Source: Desulfobacterales bacterium
GTDB lineage: Bacteria; Desulfobacterota; Desulfobacteria; Desulfobacterales; C00003060
Direction: 5' to 3'
Length of the DNA: 53,471 nucleotides
Assembly: GCA_013375375.1 (NCBI GenBank)
Contig: JABXJX010000003.1
Coordinates: 1-53,471, forward strand
Each line of letters opens with the position of its first letter. Position 1 is the stretch's first letter. Positions 45,319 to 53,471 of this stretch are shown one piece after another. Made by a program: the position numbers and the translations under genes. The notes beneath the pieces were generated by a model, which worked only from the letters and a program-made list of their open reading frames with translations, did no database searches and was not told the origin of the DNA.

Positions 45319-47826
45319 ATGGCAGCCATCGACTTAGACCAAAAAGTCAAACAGGTTCTCCAGGCGTGGCGAGAAAGGGACTACGAAGGGGCAAGCCTTG
45401 TTACAAGAAGGCTCCTTGAGTTCTGGTTCAAGGAGGAGCATATCTTACCTAATGGCTCACGCTTTGAGTTCTGGCAATGTCAACGGGAAGGGATTGAGGC
45501 CCTGATCTATGTGTATGAGGTCTGCAAATACCAAAGCCTTTATGAGTTAGCGAGGGGCTTTGAAGTGAGTATCCCGGTTGACCCTACCAAAGACCTCTGG
45601 CCCAAATATTGTTTCAAGATGGCTACCGGCTCGGGAAAGACCTGGGTGATGGCTCTGGCGATGGTCTGGCAGTATTTCAACAAGCTTTTCGGCACTGATA
45701 ATGGTGTCCGCTACTCCAGCAATTTTCTTCTCCTTGCCCCCAACCTAATTGTGCTGGACAGGCTATATGGAATATCAGTGGAAGGGGATATAGATAAAAG
45801 TGGTTTTGCTAACAACGCCGTTTTCTCCAATTTTCCTTTTATTCCCCCTGAGTGGCAGGCAGATCTTGATTTAGAACTCATTTTCCAGAGTGAGGTCATT
45901 CCAAGAACCGCAAGGGGTATCCTTCATCTTACCAATATCCAGCAACTTTACGAAAGAGAGCTGGAAGGTGCGGTTAATCCCGTGGATGAGGCCGTTGGTC
46001 CCAAGCCAAAGCGGGAAGAAGAGGCCATATACGATTCCTTGCGGGTCGAGCTTTCTAACTATGATGACCTGATGGTCTTAAATGATGAGGCCCACCATGT
46101 CCACAGCGATGACCTTGAGTGGAACAAGGCAATTGCCTATCTGGATTCAACTCTCAACGAGGGGAACGGCAATGGGTTAGTTATGCAACTTGATTTTACG
46201 GCAACCCCCAAGGACCTCCAGGGCAACCTCTTTCCTCACATCATATACGACTATCCCCTGGCAGAGGCCATCGGAGACAAAATTGTTAAACGTCCCTGCA
46301 TTGGAGAGATTGAGAATGTCCCTGAGCCTCTGGGTAAGGATTTTGTCAAAAAAAACCGTCTCCAGATTGATACGGGTGTGGAGATTCTCAAAGAGTTTCA
46401 AAAGGAGTTCAAGCATTCAGGTAAGAAGCCTGTTCTTTTCATTATGACGGACGTGACAAGAAATGCCAAGAAGGTAAGGGAGTATTTGGAGAAGCAGGGA
46501 TTTGTAGGGAAGGTTCTGGAAATCCATACTGATAAGAAAGGCGAACTCACCAAAAAAGGTCTAAAAGAGGCAAGATCGGCAGCCAGTAAGATTGACAAGC
46601 CTGAAAATCCTTATGAAATCATCGTCAGCGTTATGATGCTCAAGGAAGGTTGGGATGTCAGAAATGTCTGTGTCATTGTCCCTCTGAGAGCCTTTGATTC
46701 TCCGGTTCTGCCTGAGCAGACCTTAGGAAGAGGTTTACGGCGGATGGCCCCCCAGGATGAAGCTTGGGAGGAGAAGCTTATCGTCGTTGACCATCCACGC
46801 TTTCGCCAACTCTGGCAGGCGGAAATTGATAAAGGGGAACTGGTGGCAGACTTTACCTCTGCTAAGAAAGCCTATGAACCAAGTAACCTTGTAATGGTCA
46901 GCCCTGAAAAACTTCAGTTTGATATTGAGATTCCGGTTGTGGAAGGCGGACTTACGAGGGCAGTGCCGGATTTGGCGAGATTCGATATAGCACGACTTCC
47001 CTCAAAGCTCTTTAGGCTGTCGGAGATTAAATTGCCAAAGATGAGGTATCGGGAAAGGGATTTAATAGAGCAAAAGATTGTCAGGGAAAAGATTCTGGCC
47101 TTTGACTATACAGAAAATTTTTCTCTATATCTCTCATACATCTGCAAAGCCATTACATCCAAGACAGGGACCTCAAGCATCTTTGTAGAGCTTGTTCCAA
47201 AGGTAAGAGCATATATCGAAAATTACCTTTTTGACCAGAAGGTAAATGGTGAGAACCTGGAAGTCACAAAGAAGCTCAACTACATCCCTATCAGAGACAA
47301 ACTGGTGGAGACTTTTTCCAGAGAAATCAACGCCCTTTCCAAGAAGGAAGAAAAGCTCAGTATCCATAGACACTTTAGGTTAAGTGAAACACAACCCCTT
47401 CATACCTCTGAGCCCATCACAAAGGCAAGAAAGACCGTCTTTCAAGCGTTGCCTTATCCCAAACGCAGTGCCTTTGAAAAGGAATTTATCCGCTATCTGG
47501 ACGAGAAGGATGAGGTGCTGGCATTTACCAAGATGCTGTCCAGGCATCCGCTCCATATCCCTTACTACAACCAGGAGGGGTGTTTACGCTACTACCTGCC
47601 TGATTTTGTTGTTAGGGAAGAACGGGCGATGTATCTTGTAGAGACCAAAGGGATGGAGGGAGCGGAGGTGCCAATAAAGGACAGAGAGGCCCTGCGCTGG
47701 TGTGACAATGTGCAAAAGCTGTCTGGGAATTACTGGAAGTATTTGAAAGTAAGGCCACAAGACCTTGAGGCTTATAGAGCCCAAGATTTTAGAACTTTGG
47801 TTGAAGGAACCCTTGTGAGGAGTTGA
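45319..47826 (+). CDS. res: Type III restriction enzyme Res subunit-like SF2 helicase-nuclease
   Basis: Motif I (KMATGSGKTWVMA), motif II (LNDEAHHV), motif V region (MLKEGWDVRNV) and motif VI (QTLGRGLRR). The C-terminal PD-(D/E)xK is YLPDFVV..MYLVETKG. Confidence 0.85.
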   Translation: MAAIDLDQKVKQVLQAWRERDYEGASLVTRRLLEFWFKEEHILPNGSRFEFWQCQREGIEALIYVYEVCKYQSLYELARGFEVSIPVDPTKDLWPKYCFKMATGSGKTWVMALAMVWQYFNKLFGTDNGVRYSSNFLLLAPNLIVLDRLYGISVEGDIDKSGFANNAVFSNFPFIPPEWQADLDLELIFQSEVIPRTARGILHLTNIQQLYERELEGAVNPVDEAVGPKPKREEEAIYDSLRVELSNYDDLMVLNDEAHHVHSDDLEWNKAIAYLDSTLNEGNGNGLVMQLDFTATPKDLQGNLFPHIIYDYPLAEAIGDKIVKRPCIGEIENVPEPLGKDFVKKNRLQIDTGVEILKEFQKEFKHSGKKPVLFIMTDVTRNAKKVREYLEKQGFVGKVLEIHTDKKGELTKKGLKEARSAASKIDKPENPYEIIVSVMMLKEGWDVRNVCVIVPLRAFDSPVLPEQTLGRGLRRMAPQDEAWEEKLIVVDHPRFRQLWQAEIDKGELVADFTSAKKAYEPSNLVMVSPEKLQFDIEIPVVEGGLTRAVPDLARFDIARLPSKLFRLSEIKLPKMRYRERDLIEQKIVREKILAFDYTENFSLYLSYICKAITSKTGTSSIFVELVPKVRAYIENYLFDQKVNGENLEVTKKLNYIPIRDKLVETFSREINALSKKEEKLSIHRHFRLSETQPLHTSEPITKARKTVFQALPYPKRSAFEKEFIRYLDEKDEVLAFTKMLSRHPLHIPYYNQEGCLRYYLPDFVVREERAMYLVETKGMEGAEVPIKDREALRWCDNVQKLSGNYWKYLKVRPQDLEAYRAQDFRTLVEGTLVRS

Positions 47827-47863
47827 ATGAATTACACGCCATAGTCTGTCAGGATCGGTTAAC

Positions 47864-48970
47864 ATGCAGAAAATTTTTTGTGTAGAAGACAAATTGATCA
47901 ATGAGATTTTAGATCGGCATAAGCGTAAAAAGGGACAAATCTATATCCATTTCAGTGAAATTATCAAAGAGGTCCTCGAGTTTGCCGACAGATTTATTGC
48001 TCCTTCCCGTGGAGGCACGATCTACATAGACGACCCGTCATCCCGCGTTTATTATGAAGACGGAAACCTTGATTATAGTAAAACAGAACTCGTTTTTGCA
48101 GCGTGTTTTGGTTATAAGTCGGAAGGCTTAGTCGGTCGTTCCATCACCGCCGACAAAGGCATAGTAGGACATGTCTATAGAACCAGCGAGCCCCTGCTGG
48201 TTGACGATGTCGCCAATAATCCGTTTTTTGATCCAGGGTACAGCCGTGAGCTTGGCCTGGTTTCAGACAGCATTCTTGCCGTTCCGATAATTATTGAAAA
48301 TACGACCATAGGCGTTCTTCAATTAATCAATAAAAAAGGAAAGGGTCTCTACTCAAAACAGGACCTCGATCTTGTCAACTACTTTTGCGAACGATATATA
48401 GCCAATAATATTATCCGGGCCATAGAGTTCAAAAAAGATTCTCTCACAGGGCTGTTTAATCAAAAACACTTTGAACCCCGCCTTAAAGATAAGCTCGACC
48501 ATTTAAAAACAAGAAAGAAAGACGGCTATCTCTATTTTATAGATTTGGATTCATTCAAGGCGGTCAACGACACCTTTGGGCACAGAACCGGGAGCAGGGC
48601 AATTGTCCTGGTAGCCGGTTTTCTTGGTAAATATATTTTTGATAGATACGAAAGAAAAGCATTGGCGGCGCGATACGGCGGCGACGAATATGAAGTCTTT
48701 ATTCCTGACATAGAACAAAAAAAGGCGATCGAATTGGCAAAAGAGATTCGCGATGGAATCGCCAGGCTCAAGATGAATGTAATTGACGAGAACGGAAAAG
48801 AGATAAACGCATTAGAAGGCGTGACAGCAAGTATAGGAGTTGCTTCAACATCCAACAAGTTTGCAACAGCAGAGGAATATATAAGACTTGCAGACAAGGC
48901 CATGTATCAGGCCAAGATGTTGAAAAACAGTATTTGCTTCCTCCACAATGATCAATATACTATCATATAA
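47864..48970 (+). CDS. GAF-domain diguanylate cyclase (GGDEF)
   Basis: GAF-like N-terminal half (GIVGHVYRTSEPLLVDDV..SILAVPII..IGVLQLINK). The GGDEF domain reads DSLTGLFNQ..FIDLDSFKAVNDTFGH..ARYGGDEYEVF. Confidence 0.85.
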   Translation: MQKIFCVEDKLINEILDRHKRKKGQIYIHFSEIIKEVLEFADRFIAPSRGGTIYIDDPSSRVYYEDGNLDYSKTELVFAACFGYKSEGLVGRSITADKGIVGHVYRTSEPLLVDDVANNPFFDPGYSRELGLVSDSILAVPIIIENTTIGVLQLINKKGKGLYSKQDLDLVNYFCERYIANNIIRAIEFKKDSLTGLFNQKHFEPRLKDKLDHLKTRKKDGYLYFIDLDSFKAVNDTFGHRTGSRAIVLVAGFLGKYIFDRYERKALAARYGGDEYEVFIPDIEQKKAIELAKEIRDGIARLKMNVIDENGKEINALEGVTASIGVASTSNKFATAEEYIRLADKAMYQAKMLKNSICFLHNDQYTII

Positions 48971-49055
48971 TCTTACCGGCCGGTCCGGCCATTAATCCCA
49001 ACAAGATATGTTCCATCTAATACACTTTTTGAGAGCTTTGCATAGCTCCTTTTCA

Positions 49056-49853
49056 CTACAATGGCTGAGGCCCTGCCTCGGTGTAAGCATAGGCGCTGTG
49101 GTTGTGAATGCTTTCAAAGTTTTCCGCTTCTACACTAAACGAGATAAATCTCGGGTCTTTTTTCAATTTATCAGTAACCTCTCTCACGACATCTTCCACG
49201 AACATCGGTCGGCTGTATGCCTGTTCCGTGATAAATTTTTCATCCTCCCTTTTCAAGAGCGCAAAAACCTCACTGCTTGCCGAGCCTTCAACGATTTCAA
49301 TGATTTCCTCAATCCAAAAGAACTCCTTAAAGAGGAGGGTTACCGAAACAACGCCCCGCTGGTTGTGGGCCCCTTGAGAGCTGATCTCTTTTGAGCATGG
49401 ACAAAGGGTACAGACCGGCACCTTGACGCCAATTAAGAGCTTGCGTTCAGTTCCATTTATTTCCCCTATGTATTTGCATGTGTACTGCATCATGCTGGGC
49501 ACGCCTGACACAGGCGCATTCTTTTTGATAAAATAGGGGAATCTGATCTCCAGATTGGCAGCCGGGGCATCAAGACTATTTTTTATTCTGTCAAGCATTT
49601 CAAAGAAGGTTTTTAGATTCAAGTCGGCACAATAATCGTTCAGGACCTCCACAAACCTGCTCATGTGAGTCCCTTTGAAGCGGTGGGGCAGGTGTACATA
49701 CATGTTGACCGTTGCCACGGTAGCCTGAGTCTTGTTGGTCCTGTCCAGGACATTTATCGGATACTTGATTCCTTTGATGCCGACCCTGGTAAGATCAATG
49801 TTGCGGTCATCAGGTTCGTTTTGAACGTCTTTTAAATTCGTAATTCCCTGCAT
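49056..49853 (-). CDS. folE2: GTP cyclohydrolase I type 2 (FolE2/MptA)
   Basis: DVQNEPDDRNIDLTRVGIKGIKYPI.., ..HMSRF.E.L.. and ..CTLCPCSKEIS..GAHNQR are characteristic of FolE2. Confidence 0.85.
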   Translation of the reverse strand: MQGITNLKDVQNEPDDRNIDLTRVGIKGIKYPINVLDRTNKTQATVATVNMYVHLPHRFKGTHMSRFVEVLNDYCADLNLKTFFEMLDRIKNSLDAPAANLEIRFPYFIKKNAPVSGVPSMMQYTCKYIGEINGTERKLLIGVKVPVCTLCPCSKEISSQGAHNQRGVVSVTLLFKEFFWIEEIIEIVEGSASSEVFALLKREDEKFITEQAYSRPMFVEDVVREVTDKLKKDPRFISFSVEAENFESIHNHSAYAYTEAGPQPL

Positions 49854-49888
49854 TTCACCATTTCATTAAATAAACGCGCAAACGTGTC

Positions 49889-50731
49889 TTAGCGCCGTGC
49901 CCTTGCAGCTTTCGCAGCCTTTTTGGCATTTTCTTTGTAAGTGTTCAGTGCGTGGTCTTTTAGCTTCACCTTGTTCGCCCCAAAAAGGGCGCTTTGGAGC
50001 CAGTTAAAGCCGAACTTGAGCAAGGCGACTTCATCGGTTTTGATCTGTTCAAGGAGGTCTTTTTCAACATCATATTTGTCCAGGAAGCTGCTTTCAAATA
50101 CAAAGCGCCCGAGCCTGTCTACATTGGAGCTTACCATAAAGAACATTCCACGGCTTTCTTCGCTGAGATCCGCCTGAAATCCAAATGACTTTTTTCTCAG
50201 CATAAACTCCATCCAGCCCTGGTTTGCATCGTCATACACTTCAACACCCTGATCTTTCCGCCACTCGCCCACGGTCCACTCATTGTCTGCTTGAAAGCCG
50301 AGGCAATGGGATTCTCTGACCATGAAATAGAAATCTTCTCCGGTGGGCTGGATCTCCTGTTCCCTGAATGCGGCTATGCCCAAAGGATAGTATCGGCAGC
50401 TTAACGGACGGTCCTCATATATCGTGCACCCCTCCGGCGTGATAAAGGGACAGCTCTTTTTGTCGTCATCGAGCATCTTTAGTGTGGCCACCGGGAGCTT
50501 GGTCCTGGCCAGCATTTCCGGTTTTGTGTATATGGCCAGGAACTGGTCACAGGTCAGCCCGAGCCTGTTTTTCATCTGGATGATATCATAGGGCGTCAGG
50601 ATCATATTGAGATCACTGCAACAATGGGTGTAACATTCCATACCTTTATGGCAGGCGAACTTGAATTTGCTCTCTATGGTATATTTCCTTGGCTCAATTC
50701 CGTCTTGATACGTTTCACCAGGGATATTCAT
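49889..50731 (-). CDS. YkgJ-family (CxxCxxCC) cysteine-cluster protein
   Basis: FACHKGMECYTHCCSD..ILTPYDI and a second Cys cluster (SCPF..EGCTIYEDRPLSCRYYP). I prefer the ATG at 50731 because of the RBS AAGGA. Confidence 0.75.
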   Translation of the reverse strand: MNIPGETYQDGIEPRKYTIESKFKFACHKGMECYTHCCSDLNMILTPYDIIQMKNRLGLTCDQFLAIYTKPEMLARTKLPVATLKMLDDDKKSCPFITPEGCTIYEDRPLSCRYYPLGIAAFREQEIQPTGEDFYFMVRESHCLGFQADNEWTVGEWRKDQGVEVYDDANQGWMEFMLRKKSFGFQADLSEESRGMFFMVSSNVDRLGRFVFESSFLDKYDVEKDLLEQIKTDEVALLKFGFNWLQSALFGANKVKLKDHALNTYKENAKKAAKAARARR

Positions 50732-50988
50732 GTTGAATCCTTTCTTTGTTAAAATCAATGGAATATTTTATTTGCGTTTGCCCTATCTTGGGCTGTTCCG
50801 GCCGGACATTTCACCACATTTTATAGGGGCAACTATTATCATGTACACTTAAGCTGTCAATCCTTAATTATTCAAGCCGGTCCAGGGGTCTGTAAGCGCC
50901 GAAAAAACCACGTCTTGGAAACATATTGACTTTTCAGGACAAGGTATTATTCTGGGATAAAATTCAGAAAGACTTTAGGGGATCAAAT

Positions 50989-51675
50989 ATGGCAATTCTT
51001 ACACGGGAAGATGTATATAACAAAATGGTCAGTGATAATAGGCCGGTATGCCCGCATTGCGGCCAAGAAATGGTCATATGGGAATGCCCGCCAGTGAGTT
51101 TTTCGGATGGGTTGGGCTGGGGCACGCCATATCTTTATGTGTGCTTCAATGATGATTGTCCCCCGTACATTAAAGGCTGGGAAAACGTCATGGAACACTA
51201 TGCAAACGTTGCTTCCTACCGATGTATATGTGATCCAATGTCAGGAAAAATGGACTGCATGCCCGTATTCAGCCGGGACGGGGGCAGGGGCTATATTATT
51301 GATGAAGAGATCAAGGCAAGGGAAAAGGCGAGGAAAGCCGAAGAAAAGAAGGGCCTTGAAGAGTTAGAGGCGTATTATGAGGCCGGGGATGTTGATGCCA
51401 TGCTCAAGGTCCTTTTGGCTAAAGAGTCACTGCCGAGGGTTCGGCTAAAAGCTGCTGAAATGACAGGAGAAGTTGGAGGGCTGGATGTTGTTGAACCGCT
51501 CAGAAATCATGACTTTAAAAACGACCTGATCAGGGCAAGGGTTGAGAAGAGCATTGAGCTCATTCACAAACGAAATTACACTAAGGAATGTCCATTCTGT
51601 GCCGAGATTATCAAGGCACGAGCTGTTGTTTGCAAACACTGTGGCAAGGATTTGTCCGGGGGTAAAACCGCATAG
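50989..51675 (+). CDS. zinc-ribbon protein with HEAT-like helical middle
   Basis: N-terminal CPHCG...CFNDDCP and C-terminal CPFC...CKHCG zinc ribbons. I prefer the ATG at 50989 because of the RBS AGGGGA. Confidence 0.55.
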   Translation: MAILTREDVYNKMVSDNRPVCPHCGQEMVIWECPPVSFSDGLGWGTPYLYVCFNDDCPPYIKGWENVMEHYANVASYRCICDPMSGKMDCMPVFSRDGGRGYIIDEEIKAREKARKAEEKKGLEELEAYYEAGDVDAMLKVLLAKESLPRVRLKAAEMTGEVGGLDVVEPLRNHDFKNDLIRARVEKSIELIHKRNYTKECPFCAEIIKARAVVCKHCGKDLSGGKTA

Positions 51676-51714
51676 GGCATAGTGCATGGAGCATAGAACT
51701 GTTTGCCCTTTGCG

Positions 51715-52275
51715 CTATGCGCTTTGCCCTTTGCCCTGTAGCTTCCTTTGAACATTTATGTTCATTTCGTCGTAGGACCTGAAAATAATCTTCTCCCGCT
51801 CCAACCGCTCTTGCGGAAAAGACTGAAGTTTTACTCCTTTCATGCGTTCAACAGCTTCCTCCCTGGAAGGAATCCCTTCCATGTCGCGATCAAGGACCTC
51901 GCCGGTGACGGTATCGAGTAGTTCCGCGTCCTTTCCGTCCGTGACTACAGAAAATGGGATTTGGTAGGCATCCAGCAACCTGGCTGCGGCCAGGGTTTCT
52001 CGTTGCCTCGATACCAGGGACCCCGGCACGCATTTCAGTATCATGAACCTTTTTCCCTGAACGCTGACAACAAGGTCTACATTGGAACGGACCTCCTCGT
52101 CTCCGATGCTGAACTTAAGATCCGCATCCACTTCAATATCATCTTTGCTGTAACCCTTTGTTTTTACCAGAAAGCGTTCCACCTGCTGTCTGTTTTCTTC
52201 AGCCCCGATGTTCGGGATCTCACTTCCTGTCACAAAATCGGTAATCATTTCATAAGGCTTTGGCTTTTCTATCAT
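51715..52275 (-). CDS. HsdR-N-terminal-like (PD-(D/E)xK fold) domain protein
   Basis: E.NRQQVERFLV...GY....I.....F......SNVDLVV..QGKRFMILKC...SL resembles type I restriction enzyme R N-terminal domain proteins. RBS AAGGAGA. Confidence 0.55.
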   Translation of the reverse strand: MIEKPKPYEMITDFVTGSEIPNIGAEENRQQVERFLVKTKGYSKDDIEVDADLKFSIGDEEVRSNVDLVVSVQGKRFMILKCVPGSLVSRQRETLAAARLLDAYQIPFSVVTDGKDAELLDTVTGEVLDRDMEGIPSREEAVERMKGVKLQSFPQERLEREKIIFRSYDEMNINVQRKLQGKGQSA

Positions 52276-52315
52276 TGTTATCTCCTTATGTATGCTGAAG
52301 CTGAAAGAACAGCGT

Positions 52316-53317
52316 TCAGTTTTCAGGATTGATCTCTTTCTTCAACAGACAACAGGCAATCTTATATTTCGGTTTTCCCTGTTTATCGTAGCTCAGGTTG
52401 CCGGGTTGAATAAGCTTGTTCATCACACAGCCCTCTGGAATTGAGAGCTGAAACAAATCCTTTTCATTAACAGGATGGGTCGGCACGGGCTTGTTTTTCT
52501 CAAAGACGTAGGAATGGAGCGGAAAATCTTCGCACAGGGGACATTGATAAACCCTGCCGTTGGGAAAGATAAAGTAGTTTTCCGCAACCAGGCCCGCACA
52601 TTCAAAATGTTCCGAGTTGTCCAAGAACACTTTAGGATAGGTGACGTGGATACCGAGTCGTGCTGCTCCGGCTGCCACTCTCGGCACAACAGCGCCCCAT
52701 TCCTTTCTGGTTAGCTGGGACTTTCGTTTTTTGCCCTGTACTGATTTCCCTCTAATTCCAATAACTTGAATGAAAAACCTATCGATGCCGAGGGCCTTTA
52801 AAAAATTCGGCATGTTTTTCAAATCATGGATATTCGATCGGCTGACTGTGTAGATTAAGCTGATCTTAAATCCCTTTGAAAGGGCCTTCTCTATACCGGC
52901 AACACACTTGTCGTAACTCCCCCTCCCACGGATAAGGTCGTTGACCTCCTTGCAAGAACCGTCCAGGCCGACACTAAAATAGTCGAGTTCTTCAGGAGTC
53001 ACTTTTTTAAGGATGTGGTTCAAGAAGAACCCGTTCGTGTCCACGGTGATCGAAGCGTAACCCATCTTCCTGGCGGCCTTGATCATGATGTGAAGGTCAG
53101 GGTGCAGCGTGGGCTCGCCGCCTATGAAGATGAGGTTAGATTCCCTTTTTTCATGGCTCAGCGCCTTTAACCACTTTTTTGTGGTCTCGAGCGGAAGGGT
53201 TTGTTTGCCGTGCTGCTCGGGGTTGATATAGCAATGCCGGCATTTTAGATTGCATCGGGTCAATATATGAAAGAATATGTTCCTTGCGTTTTTATGAAAG
53301 GCTACGGTCTTTGTCAT
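52316..53317 (-). CDS. radical SAM protein with C-terminal Cys-rich (SPASM/twitch-like) region
   Basis: The CNLKCRHC segment is the CxxxCxxC motif, followed by IFIGGEPTLHPD. C-terminal cysteines occur in HFECAG..YQCPLCE..IACC. Confidence 0.8.
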   Translation of the reverse strand: MTKTVAFHKNARNIFFHILTRCNLKCRHCYINPEQHGKQTLPLETTKKWLKALSHEKRESNLIFIGGEPTLHPDLHIMIKAARKMGYASITVDTNGFFLNHILKKVTPEELDYFSVGLDGSCKEVNDLIRGRGSYDKCVAGIEKALSKGFKISLIYTVSRSNIHDLKNMPNFLKALGIDRFFIQVIGIRGKSVQGKKRKSQLTRKEWGAVVPRVAAGAARLGIHVTYPKVFLDNSEHFECAGLVAENYFIFPNGRVYQCPLCEDFPLHSYVFEKNKPVPTHPVNEKDLFQLSIPEGCVMNKLIQPGNLSYDKQGKPKYKIACCLLKKEINPEN

Positions 53318-53471
53318 GCTGGCAAGTCCTACTAATGCGAAAGTTTTATGCCCGACATTGGTTTGGGCTCATGATGTTTTTTCTTTCGTTCCGAGTCTCC
53401 CGGGCTGGTGTTTTTAGTAACTTGTCTGCGGGGGATTCTCACCCCCTCCGCATTCTCCCGCAAGCGGGAGC

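Noticed and set aside
48978-48990. The palindrome GGCCGG-T-CCGGCC between the convergent GGDEF and folE2 genes, considered as a terminator.
   Set aside because: A one-nucleotide loop cannot form a stable hairpin of that register, and there is no flanking T or A run. It is at best a weak bidirectional terminator.
51676-51740. GCATAG x3 / GCAAAGG-type short repeats between the convergent zinc-ribbon and HsdR-N-like genes.
   Set aside because: These are short, degenerate and partly inside the C-terminal codons (..QGKGQSA) of the minus-strand gene. They are most simply low-complexity sequence or a weak bidirectional terminator region.

Overview
The window is 53.5 kb of a roughly 50% GC bacterial chromosome. 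Gene content (AhbA/B-type siroheme decarboxylase, sigma-54-like promoter, ExbBD-TonB clusters) suggests a Desulfobacterota-like anaerobe, but that is inference. Most of it is housekeeping or core: typA, a DEAD-box helicase, a CHASE2 adenylate cyclase, an SSS transporter, an exbB-exbD-tonB-TBDR-DUF4198 metal-uptake cluster, pmbA-like, secA, argJ, an EF-G paralog, parAB, folE2 and a radical SAM gene. Five things stand out. (1) At 39.7-47.8 kb, a Type III-like mod/res pair has an AAA ATPase plus S8 subtilase pair (IetAS-like architecture) nested between mod and res in one apparent operon. (2) At about 6.9-9.2 kb, a low-GC island carries two well-formed integron attC sites but no integrase (CALIN-like). 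Its cassettes encode a GIY-YIG-like protein and a minimal nucleotidyl-cyclase-like protein. (3) At 14.1-16.4 kb, two adjacent intact ORFs look like reciprocal chimeras of an ANL acyl-CoA ligase and a BPL/LplA-family protein. (4) At about 25.5 kb there is a c-di-GMP-I (GEMM-I) riboswitch with an intrinsic terminator. (5) Several structured intergenic repeats and palindromes are present. I recognised no rRNA, tRNA or CRISPR array. All calls come from reading the translations and sequence by eye; no searches were run.
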